From Candidatus Heteroclostridium caecigallinarum (GTDB taxonomy: Bacteria > Bacillota > Clostridia > Christensenellales > CAG-314), in NCBI GenBank assembly GCA_904419725.1, contig CAJFSP010000006.1, positions 954 through 64,953 of the forward strand: DNA of 64,000 nucleotides, written 5' to 3'. The translations under genes were made by a program, and so were the position numbers. Shown here in pieces: positions 56,466 through 64,000 of the stretch; the first letter of the stretch is position 1, and the number at the start of each line of letters is the position of its first letter. The notes under the pieces were generated by a model, which saw nothing but the letters and a program-made list of their open reading frames with translations, searched no databases and was not told the DNA's origin.

Positions 56466-56566
56466 GGCGAAATTTATCTTAAATTGCGGAAAAAAGAGTT
56501 GTTTTGCGCCTGCGCGCAAACGGCTCTTTTTTTGTTTTATAATAAACGCCTTGACGGAGGCTGTGT

Positions 56567-57352
56567 ATGGCAAGAAGAATCGTTGTGACAAGCGGCAAGG
56601 GCGGCGTGGGAAAAACGACTTTCACCGCCAACCTCGGCGCGCGGCTGGCGGCCAGGGGGCTGAGGGTGTGCCTGCTCGATTTGGATTTGGGACTCAACAA
56701 TCTCGACGTCATAATGGGGCTGGAAAACAAAGTCATGTTTGACATCGTCGACGTCGTGGAGGGGCGGTGCCGTCTTAAACAGGCGTTGGTGCAGGACGCT
56801 TTCTGCAATTCGCTCTATCTGCTGCCGAGTTGCAAAAACATATCGAAAGGGATGATTTCGGGTCAGAACGTGAAACTAATCACAGACAGGATGAGCAGAA
56901 TTTTCGACTATATCCTCATCGACTGCCCCGCCGGGATAGGCACGGGGTTTCACCGGGCGGTTTCCGCCGCCGACGAGGCAATCGTGGTGCTTACGCCGAC
57001 GCTCACCAGCGTGCGCGACGCCAAAAAGACCGTGGACCTGCTTGAAAGTTACGACCTTATGTCTGTCAGAACCGTGGTCAACAGGCTCAGGGGAGACCTT
57101 GTCACAAGCGGTGAAATGATGGACGCGTTCGAGATTTTCGCCATGCTTGACGCCGAACCGCTGGGCATCATTCCCGACGACGATTTTTTGAGTTTCCGCC
57201 TGCCGTCCGACGGCAGGGGCACCCTTTCCGACACCGCTTTCGAGATAATCGCCACCAATCTCCACGAGGGTAAAGACGATATGTATGACTGCGTTTCGCG
57301 CTATACGGGGTTTTTCGGCAATATCCGCCGAAAAATAAAGCGCAGAGCCTGA
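56567..57352 (+). CDS. minD: Septum site-determining protein MinD
   Basis: It has the deviant Walker A GKGGVGKTT, the segment LIDCPAG and a C-terminal amphipathic membrane-targeting helix (GFFGNIRRKIKRRA). SD GGAGG lies 7 nt upstream. Confidence 0.9.
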   Translation: MARRIVVTSGKGGVGKTTFTANLGARLAARGLRVCLLDLDLGLNNLDVIMGLENKVMFDIVDVVEGRCRLKQALVQDAFCNSLYLLPSCKNISKGMISGQNVKLITDRMSRIFDYILIDCPAGIGTGFHRAVSAADEAIVVLTPTLTSVRDAKKTVDLLESYDLMSVRTVVNRLRGDLVTSGEMMDAFEIFAMLDAEPLGIIPDDDFLSFRLPSDGRGTLSDTAFEIIATNLHEGKDDMYDCVSRYTGFFGNIRRKIKRRA

Positions 57353-57419
57353 ACGGCGGAGTATATTTGAATTTTCACCGTCATACATTATACGGAAATC
57401 ATCAGTGGAGGATTGGCAA

Positions 57420-58172
57420 ATGAAATATGACGATATGCCGGCGGAAATCACCGCCGCCGCCGAAAACGACTGGCTGGACGTCACGTTTGTCCGGAAAGAG
57501 AAAATCGACGGGCGCACGAAAGAGATGATGGAAGGAAAGAAAAGAGACTTTTTCGGCAAAAGCGCCGGGAAAATAAAGGCGCTGCTGTCAAAGAGAAGGC
57601 ATAAACAGCCGCCGGCGCCGGACGCCGACGGTTACGGCGCCGGGCAACGCGCCCCGCGCGAAAGAAAAACAGGAGCGAAACTCAAAAACATCTGGCAAAA
57701 GTCATGGAAACCCGCCGCGGCGTGTCTTGTCATCGCGCTGGCTCTGGTGGGCATGAGATACGCCGACGGCGGGTTTGTCGGCGACGTGTTCGGCTATGCC
57801 AAAGCGACTTACACATCGGCGGTGGAACCCGTCCGGAACGACGGGAACGACAACACGCTGACACTGCCGTCCAACGCCGACGTCGCGGTGAGCGGCGGAG
57901 ACATTACGCTGACGGGCGGCACGCTGGCGGTCAGCCTTAAAGACGGTACCGTCAAGGACGCAACCGAAACAAGCGTGACGGTAAACGTGGGCGAAAACTT
58001 CGATATAGTGTATTCCAACCTCAGCGAAGTCATGGTGGCGCGCGGCGACAAGGTCACGCAGTATCAGGTGCTGGGCAAATACGGCGACAGCGCCGTCGTC
58101 AACCTTATAGTGGACGGACAGAAAGTGACGGGTGTCACGGCGGACGGCTACACCGTTTCCTGGCAGATATAA
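57420..58172 (+). CDS. SpoIVFA-like protein (single TM plus degenerate LytM/M23-like domain)
   Basis: It sits between minD and an M50 protease, as in Bacillus subtilis. The TM helix is AAACLVIALALVGM. The C-terminal beta-rich domain (DIVYSNLSEVMVARGDKVTQYQVLGKYGD) lacks metal-binding His motifs. The ATG at 57420 lies 8 nt after GGAGG. Confidence 0.55.
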   Translation: MKYDDMPAEITAAAENDWLDVTFVRKEKIDGRTKEMMEGKKRDFFGKSAGKIKALLSKRRHKQPPAPDADGYGAGQRAPRERKTGAKLKNIWQKSWKPAAACLVIALALVGMRYADGGFVGDVFGYAKATYTSAVEPVRNDGNDNTLTLPSNADVAVSGGDITLTGGTLAVSLKDGTVKDATETSVTVNVGENFDIVYSNLSEVMVARGDKVTQYQVLGKYGDSAVVNLIVDGQKVTGVTADGYTVSWQI

Positions 58173-59050
58173 TGAAAGAAAAACTGAAATTCAAGGTCGG
58201 CGCGAGTTTTTTCGCGCTGGCCTTTTTGGCATTGATTACAAAAAACGCGTTTTTCTTCGGCACCTATATTCTCGCCGTGGTGATTCACGAGTTTTGTCAC
58301 GCCGCGGCGGCGCGCAGGCTGGGATATAAAGCCGTTGAAATTTATCTTTCCGCTTTCGGGGCCGTGCTTTACGGCGAATTCGAGGGGGCGGCGCTTTCCG
58401 ACGAGATAAAAATCGCTTTGGCGGGTCCCGCCGTCAATCTGTGCGCCGCCGCGCTGCTGCCCGCCGTGTGGTGGATGTTTCCGCCGCTCTACGCATTTAC
58501 GCAGTCGTTTTTCGTCGCCAATCTGTGCGTCGCGCTTGTCAACCTGCTTCCATGCTATCCGCTGGACGGCGGCAGGGTGCTTTACGCCATACTGGGCAAA
58601 AAAAAGGGCGCCGCCGCCGAAAAAATTCTGGTAAGGGTGGGCGTGGTTTTTTCTTTTTTGTTTTTCGGGTTGTTTGTCATTATAAGCGTGTTTTACGGCG
58701 TCAACCTGACGTTCGGGCTGTTCGGGCTGTTTTTGTTCTGCGGCGCCTGCGACATGACAAAGCAAAACGCTTACAAAAAAGCGGCGGCGCTCAACCTCAA
58801 CTCGAAAAAACTCTCCTCCGGCATGGAGATTAAAACCTTCGCTCTTTCGGCGGACAGCAGCGTTGCCGCGCTCATGAGGCTGGGCGGCGGACATTATCTC
58901 GCCAATGTGGAAATCATTGAAAACGGCAGGGTCATAGCCGCGCTGTGCTATGACGAAACGGAAAAAATTTTGCTGCGCTATCCGCTGTCCGCAAGGCTGG
59001 GGGATATTTTCGCCGCCCGCAACGATTTGACGGATGAGCCGCCTTGTTGA
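58172..59050 (+). CDS. spoIVFB: M50 site-2 metalloprotease, SpoIVFB-like (pro-sigma-K processing family)
   Basis: It has an HExxH motif within a TM helix (VIHEFCHAAAA) and the NLLPCYPLDGG motif. Its start overlaps the stop of the upstream gene. Confidence 0.75.
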   Translation: MKEKLKFKVGASFFALAFLALITKNAFFFGTYILAVVIHEFCHAAAARRLGYKAVEIYLSAFGAVLYGEFEGAALSDEIKIALAGPAVNLCAAALLPAVWWMFPPLYAFTQSFFVANLCVALVNLLPCYPLDGGRVLYAILGKKKGAAAEKILVRVGVVFSFLFFGLFVIISVFYGVNLTFGLFGLFLFCGACDMTKQNAYKKAAALNLNSKKLSSGMEIKTFALSADSSVAALMRLGGGHYLANVEIIENGRVIAALCYDETEKILLRYPLSARLGDIFAARNDLTDEPPC

Positions 59051-59092
59051 TATAATTTTACTCGTGGAATTTCCGCTACGGAGTAAAAAATC

Positions 59093-60874
59093 ATGAAATT
59101 CAGCGATGTACAGAAACCGTCCAGATACGTCGGCGGCGAATACGGCGTTCCGCCTATGAAAGAGGACGCAAAAACCACGTTCTGCATGTGTTTTCCCGAC
59201 AGTTACGAAGTAGGCATGTCCAACCTGGGCATACGCATTTTGTATTATATTCTCAACGACATGAAGGACGTGCGGTGCGAAAGATGTTTCGCCCCGTGGC
59301 CCGACTACGCGGAGTATCTCAAAGAAAATTCACTCAGGCTTCGCTCGCTGGAAACGGGAACGCCGCTGGCGGATTTCGACATAGTAGGGTTTTCGCTGCA
59401 ATACGAACTCAGTTACTCCAATATACTTTACATGCTTTCTCTCGCCGGCATACCGTTCAGAAGCGCAGACAGGGGGGACGAATGGCCGCTGCTCATCGCG
59501 GGCGGACCGTGCGTTGTCAACGTCGAGCCGGTCGCGGATTTTTTCGACGTTGTAAACGTCGGCGAGGGCGAGGAAATGCTCAGAAACATCGTGGCGGCAT
59601 ACGGCGAGTGCAAGGGCAAAATGTCCAAAGCCGAGTTTTTGCGCAAAATCAACGACGAAATAGAAGGCGTTTACGTGCCGTCGCTCACGTCGTTTGAATT
59701 TGACGGCGGCAGAGTCGCTAAAATCGACGCCCCGCATAAGACCAAAAGGGTTTTTGTGAGAAATCTCGACGAAACGTATTTTCCAGACAAAGCCATTGTG
59801 CCGACTATGGAACTCGTGCACGACAGGGCCGTCGCCGAACTGTTCCGCGGCTGCGCCAACGGCTGCCGCTTTTGTCAGGCGGGGTTTATTTACCGCCCCG
59901 TGAGAGAGCGGAGCGTTGACACGATGACGAAAATATGTTTCGGGCTGATTAAAAACACGGGGTACGACGAGTTGTCGCTCAACAGCCTGTCCACCGGCGA
60001 TTACAGCGGTCTTGGCGCACTTATTGAAAACCTGCGCCCTCTTGTGAAAGAAAAAAACGTCAGGCTCGCCCTGCCGAGTCTCAGGCTTGACACTTTCGAC
60101 AGTTCTTTCGCGCAGAACAACAGACTGTCGTCGCTGACATTCGCCCCGGAGGCGGGCACGCAGCGGCTAAGAAACGTTATAAACAAAAACATCACCCATG
60201 AAGACATTGTGTCCAGCGTGACGTCGGCGTTCGAAAGGGGGTTTTCCACCGTAAAACTTTATTTCATGATGGGACTGCCTACCGAAACCATGGAAGACAT
60301 CGAAGGCATATGCGACCTGGCGTATGAAATAAAAGACCTGTATTACAAACACAGGACGTCTAAAAAGGACGTGAAAATAAACATAAGCGTGGCGACGTTC
60401 ATACCGAAACCGCACACGCCTTTCCAGTGGGAGCCGTTTGACAGCCGCGACAGCGTCAGCGAAAAGCAGAGGTATATGCGCGGCAGACTCAGAAACAAGA
60501 ATATTTCGCTTTCATGGCACGACTATGACTGCTCACTGATGGAAGCGGTGTTCGCCAGGGGCGACAGAAGACTTTCCGCCGTGCTGGAAGAGGCGTTCGC
60601 CGAAGGCGCCGTTTTCGACGGCTGGACGGAATATTTCAATTTCGGGGCTTATCTGAAGGCTTTTGAAAAATGCGGGCTTGATTTCGGCATGTATCTGCGA
60701 GAGCGCGACGAAGACGAGATTCTGCCGTGGGACTATCTCGATATGGGCGTCACCAAGGAGTTTCTGCTGCGCGAAAGGCGCAAGGCGTACCTGGCGCAAT
60801 GCACGCCGGGCTGCAACAAAGCCTGTTCCGCCTGCGGGCTGCAAAAGGAGGGGCTGTGCCGTGTTAATCGTTAA
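59093..60874 (+). CDS. B12-binding-domain radical SAM protein (TIGR03960-like, function unknown)
   Basis: The CxxxCxxC motif is CANGCRFCQAG. The length is 593 aa, and the gene sits in the conserved position next to a DUF2344 gene. Confidence 0.8.
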   Translation: MKFSDVQKPSRYVGGEYGVPPMKEDAKTTFCMCFPDSYEVGMSNLGIRILYYILNDMKDVRCERCFAPWPDYAEYLKENSLRLRSLETGTPLADFDIVGFSLQYELSYSNILYMLSLAGIPFRSADRGDEWPLLIAGGPCVVNVEPVADFFDVVNVGEGEEMLRNIVAAYGECKGKMSKAEFLRKINDEIEGVYVPSLTSFEFDGGRVAKIDAPHKTKRVFVRNLDETYFPDKAIVPTMELVHDRAVAELFRGCANGCRFCQAGFIYRPVRERSVDTMTKICFGLIKNTGYDELSLNSLSTGDYSGLGALIENLRPLVKEKNVRLALPSLRLDTFDSSFAQNNRLSSLTFAPEAGTQRLRNVINKNITHEDIVSSVTSAFERGFSTVKLYFMMGLPTETMEDIEGICDLAYEIKDLYYKHRTSKKDVKINISVATFIPKPHTPFQWEPFDSRDSVSEKQRYMRGRLRNKNISLSWHDYDCSLMEAVFARGDRRLSAVLEEAFAEGAVFDGWTEYFNFGAYLKAFEKCGLDFGMYLRERDEDEILPWDYLDMGVTKEFLLRERRKAYLAQCTPGCNKACSACGLQKEGLCRVNR

Positions 60875-61511
60875 ATATTCCAAAACGGGTCCGGCGAAGT
60901 ACGCTTCGCACGTGGACACGCTGCGCGCCATGGGGCGCATCCTTGCCCGCGCCGATGTTTCAGTGGGTTATTCGGAAGGGTTCAATCCGCACGCCCTGCT
61001 GTTTTTTTCGCCACCGAACGCCGTCGGCGTGGACAGCCTGTGCGAATACGTCGCCGTTGCCGCGGGAGAAGAACGGGATTTCATCGGGCGTTTCAACGCC
61101 GCCGCCCCGTGCGGTTTCACCGCGCTGAGGGTTTGGACGACACAGGGCAACCCGAATCTCGCCGGCGTCATAGACGGCGCTCGTTATGAAATAAAAAGTC
61201 CCGGCATAGGCACCGCCGATTACGGCAAAATAAAAGACGGTTTTGTTGTGGAATATGACGGCAAAGACGGAAAAAAATCAAAAGATTACGCTTCTTACGT
61301 CATTTCGGTGACGACGGAAAACGACGATAAAATCACCGCCGTTCTGAAATACGGCAATGAAAACCTCCGCCCCGACAGATTTGTGGGAGGCGTCAGAGCC
61401 ATGTTCGGCATCGACGGCGGCGACGCCGAAATAATAAAAACAGCGGCGTTTGTCAAAGGGGAAGACGTCGACGATTTTCTGGATAAATTGCACAATAAAA
61501 CAAGCCCGTGA
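60861..61511 (+). CDS. DUF2344 (TIGR03936-like) protein, partner of the radical SAM protein
   Basis: The GTG at 60861 is preceded by AAAAGGAGGGG. The N-terminus is VLIVKYSKTGPAKYASHVDTLRAMGRILARA..GFNPH. The part of the tracked ORF upstream of 60861 overlaps the radical SAM gene. Confidence 0.7.
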   Translation: MLIVKYSKTGPAKYASHVDTLRAMGRILARADVSVGYSEGFNPHALLFFSPPNAVGVDSLCEYVAVAAGEERDFIGRFNAAAPCGFTALRVWTTQGNPNLAGVIDGARYEIKSPGIGTADYGKIKDGFVVEYDGKDGKKSKDYASYVISVTTENDDKITAVLKYGNENLRPDRFVGGVRAMFGIDGGDAEIIKTAAFVKGEDVDDFLDKLHNKTSP

Positions 61512-61575
61512 TTTCACGGGCTTGTTTCATATATCGTCCTTTCGGCGAATAAAGATAGCAGAGAGAGAGGACGAA

Positions 61576-64000
61576 ATGACAAACTGGCATCTGATAAGCC
61601 GTGACAAACTCTTTGCCGGGCTGGATACGGCGCAAAACGGTCTTTCGGCGGAGCAGGCCGCGTCACGGCTGAAAAAGCACGGGCAAAACGTTATAAAAGA
61701 AAAAAACAAAGGCGGAGCGCTTAAACTTTTTATATCGCAGTTCAAGGATTTCATGGTGCTGCTGCTTATCGCGGCGGCAGCGGTTTCCGCCGTCATATCT
61801 TTCGTGTCGAAAGACACAAGGGAACTTTTCGACACGGTAATCATCGTGTTTATAATTTTTCTCAACGCCACGGTGGGTTTCGTGCAGCAGTACAGGGCGG
61901 ACAAGGCAATTGAAAAACTTAAAAACATGGCGGTTTCGGAAGCGAAAGTCATGCGGGGCGGGCGTGTGCTTCTGGCGGACAGCCGCGACCTTGTGCCCGG
62001 CGACGTGGTTCTGCTCGAAGAGGGCGACCTTGTGCCGGCGGACTGCCGCATTTTGTCTTCTGCCGGGCTCAGGTGCGACGAGTCGGCGCTCACGGGAGAG
62101 TCGTATCCCGTGGATAAAGACGCGGAGTTTACGCCGCCGCCGGACGCGGGGGTGGGCGACAGAAAAAACATGCTGTTTTCTTCTTCATTTGTGGTGGGCG
62201 GCGAGGCGAAAGCCGTTGTCGTCGCCACCGGCATGGATACGGAAATAGGCAAAATAGCCGGCATGCTTGACAGTCAGGGCGAAACAGCCACGCCGCTGCA
62301 GAAAAATCTCGATTTGCTGGGCAGAATCATATCTTACGGCGTAATCGCCATCGCCGTGATTATATTCGCTTTCGGGGTGTTTTTCAAGCACAACCCGCTT
62401 GTCGAAAACTTTATGTCGTCAGTGGCGATTGCTGTCGCCGCCATTCCGGAAGGTCTGCCCGCCGTCGTTACCATCATAATGGCTATGGGAATGCAGAAGA
62501 TGAGCAGGAACAAAGCCATTGTGCGGAAACTGCACGCGGTGGAAACGCTGGGCAGCTGCAACTTTATATGCAGCGACAAAACCGGCACGCTCACCGAAAA
62601 CAAAATGAAGGTGGTAAAGATTTCGTGCCGCGGCGACGAGAGAAAAATGCTGCAATGCATGCGGACGTGCAACAGCGTGAAAGGCGGTTTCGGGGCGTAT
62701 ATAGGCGATCCTACCGAAACGGCGCTGGTGACGTACGCCGCCCTGCGCGGCGCGGGTGAAGCGGAGGAAATTACCGACAGAAAGCCTTTTGACTCGGCGC
62801 GCAAACTGATGAGCGTGTATATCGGCGGAAAGGGCGTCACATATGTAAAGGGCGCGCCCGACGTGCTGATAGACCGGTGCGCGTATGTGGCGTCGGAAAG
62901 CGGCGTTATGCCGATGACTAAAGAACGCAGGGCGGAAATCCTCGCTGATAACGCCGCCATGGCGAGAGACGCGCTCAGGGTGTTGGGGTTTGCCTGCAAA
63001 AACGGCGCGTTCGGGGAAGATAACCTGGTGTTTCTGGGGCTCGCGGGCATGATGGATCCGCCGCGCGGGGAAGTCCCGGCGGCGGTCACGCGGTGCAAAA
63101 AAGCCGGCATAACGCCCGTTATGATAACCGGCGACCACAGGGAAACGGCGTTTGCCGTCGCGCGGCGGCTCGGCATAGCCGATTCGGCGGCGCAAGTCGT
63201 TACGGGTGAGCAGCTGGAAAGGATGAGCGAGGCCGAACTCAGAAAAACCGTTGAGCGGTGCAGGGTTTACGCCAGAGTAAGCCCGAAGCATAAGAGCATG
63301 ATTGTGGAAGCGCTGCAAAGCAAAGGCAACGTGGTGGCGATGACGGGCGACGGCATAAACGACGCCCCGAGCATAAAAAAGGCGGATATCGGCATTGCCA
63401 TGGGCGTCAGCGGCACCGATGTCACCAAAAACGCGTCGGATATGATTATTTCCGACGACAATTTCGCCACCATAGTGCTTGCTGTGGGCGAAGGACGCCG
63501 TATTTTTTCCAACATCAAAAAAACAATAGCCTTTTTTCTGGCGACCAATCTGGCGGAAGTGCTGTCTGTTTTTATAGTGTCTGTGCTGTTTTGCAGATTC
63601 GATTTTCTGCTGTCGGCGCAGTTGTTGTGGCTCAACCTTGTTACCGACAGTTTCCCCGTGCTGGCTCTCGGCATGGAGCGCGCCGAACCGGACATAATGG
63701 AGCGCAAGCCCAAACGGGCGGAAAAGGCGGTGTTTTCAAAAGAATCTGTCTTGTCGATGTGCTTTTTCGGCGGGGCGATCACCGTTATAACGCTGGCCGT
63801 GTTTTTCGTATCGCTGGCGCTTTTCGGAAACGCGACCGCCACGACAATGACGTTTTTCACTCTGTCTTTTGCCGAACTGTTTCACGCTTTCAACATACGC
63901 AGCGACAGGCAGTCGGTTTTCAGGACGGGTATTTTTTCCAACAAAGCGCTGCTGCTCACCGTAATCGGCGGCATAGCCGTCAATATCGCTGTTTACGCGG
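61576..64000 (+). CDS. Ca2+-type (P2) cation-transporting P-type ATPase, 5' ~808 codons (continues past the window end)
   Basis: It is absent from the ORF track because no stop falls in the window. The ATG at 61576 is preceded by GAGAGAGAGG. Motifs seen are the N-terminal GLSAEQAASRL, TGES, AIPEGLP, CSDKTGTLTENKM, MTGDGINDAPSIKKADIGIAMG and LWLNLVTDSFP. Confidence 0.9.
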   Translation, partial: MTNWHLISRDKLFAGLDTAQNGLSAEQAASRLKKHGQNVIKEKNKGGALKLFISQFKDFMVLLLIAAAAVSAVISFVSKDTRELFDTVIIVFIIFLNATVGFVQQYRADKAIEKLKNMAVSEAKVMRGGRVLLADSRDLVPGDVVLLEEGDLVPADCRILSSAGLRCDESALTGESYPVDKDAEFTPPPDAGVGDRKNMLFSSSFVVGGEAKAVVVATGMDTEIGKIAGMLDSQGETATPLQKNLDLLGRIISYGVIAIAVIIFAFGVFFKHNPLVENFMSSVAIAVAAIPEGLPAVVTIIMAMGMQKMSRNKAIVRKLHAVETLGSCNFICSDKTGTLTENKMKVVKISCRGDERKMLQCMRTCNSVKGGFGAYIGDPTETALVTYAALRGAGEAEEITDRKPFDSARKLMSVYIGGKGVTYVKGAPDVLIDRCAYVASESGVMPMTKERRAEILADNAAMARDALRVLGFACKNGAFGEDNLVFLGLAGMMDPPRGEVPAAVTRCKKAGITPVMITGDHRETAFAVARRLGIADSAAQVVTGEQLERMSEAELRKTVERCRVYARVSPKHKSMIVEALQSKGNVVAMTGDGINDAPSIKKADIGIAMGVSGTDVTKNASDMIISDDNFATIVLAVGEGRRIFSNIKKTIAFFLATNLAEVLSVFIVSVLFCRFDFLLSAQLLWLNLVTDSFPVLALGMERAEPDIMERKPKRAEKAVFSKESVLSMCFFGGAITVITLAVFFVSLALFGNATATTMTFFTLSFAELFHAFNIRSDRQSVFRTGIFSNKALLLTVIGGIAVNIAVYA

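Noticed and set aside
55308-56591. 427-aa minus-strand ORF.
   Set aside because: It is antisense to maf and the mreB-like gene. There is no SD and no motifs.
60663-60860. N-terminal 66 codons of the tracked 282-aa ORF (DUF2344).
   Set aside because: This part lies in an alternative frame of the radical SAM gene and is Arg/Cys/Ala-rich. The GTG at 60861, with a strong SD, gives the conserved DUF2344 N-terminus.
61527-63860. Four minus-strand ORFs (245, 280, 299 and 197 aa).
   Set aside because: All are antisense to the uninterrupted plus-strand P-type ATPase frame that starts at 61576.

Overview
This window reads as a core chromosomal segment of an anaerobic, endospore-forming Firmicute (Clostridia-like). 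That call is inferred from gene content: veg-sipL-ispE-spoIIR-sleB-ypeB, spoVB, spoIVFA/spoIVFB, an rnfCDGEAB cluster and a THF riboswitch. I support about 57 protein genes, including one that the ORF track misses because it runs off the 3' end. I also support one tRNA-Arg(CCG), one THF riboswitch, one LexA (Cheo) box, several near-consensus sigma-A promoters and many intrinsic terminators. Recognisable housekeeping genes include rho, potABCD with an HTH-cupin regulator, fba, gap, mnmA, coaX, uvrBA, maf, minD and two P-type ATPases. I saw no CRISPR array, transposase, integrase or obvious prophage or defence island. Most long minus- or plus-strand ORFs that overlap the recognisable genes are antisense artefacts of the high GC content.

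The candidates for something undescribed are all inference-level:
- a translationally coupled cassette behind mnmA, made of a DUF1624 membrane acyltransferase-like protein, an adenylate-forming ligase and a P-type ATPase that lacks canonical cation-ligand motifs;
- a locus with an XRE regulator, a four-heptamer operator and a perfect consensus promoter driving a lipoprotein with a split, degenerate thioredoxin fold, followed by a ~153-bp tandem structured repeat lying between two terminators;
- an 887-aa protein anchored by a TM helix at each end, with three jelly-roll/CBM-like modules;
- a low-GC gene for a signal-less BspA-type LRR protein capped by zinc ribbons at both ends;
- a 65-aa protein with 11 cysteines;
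- a skeletonised maf/mreB-like/minD/spoIVFA/spoIVFB cluster whose MreB-like protein has degenerate nucleotide-binding motifs.

Three genes (mnmA, uvrB, maf) have promoters placed so that their mRNAs should be leaderless or nearly so. All family assignments come from motif recognition by eye, and no database search was run. Coordinates of non-coding elements may be off by 1-2 nt.
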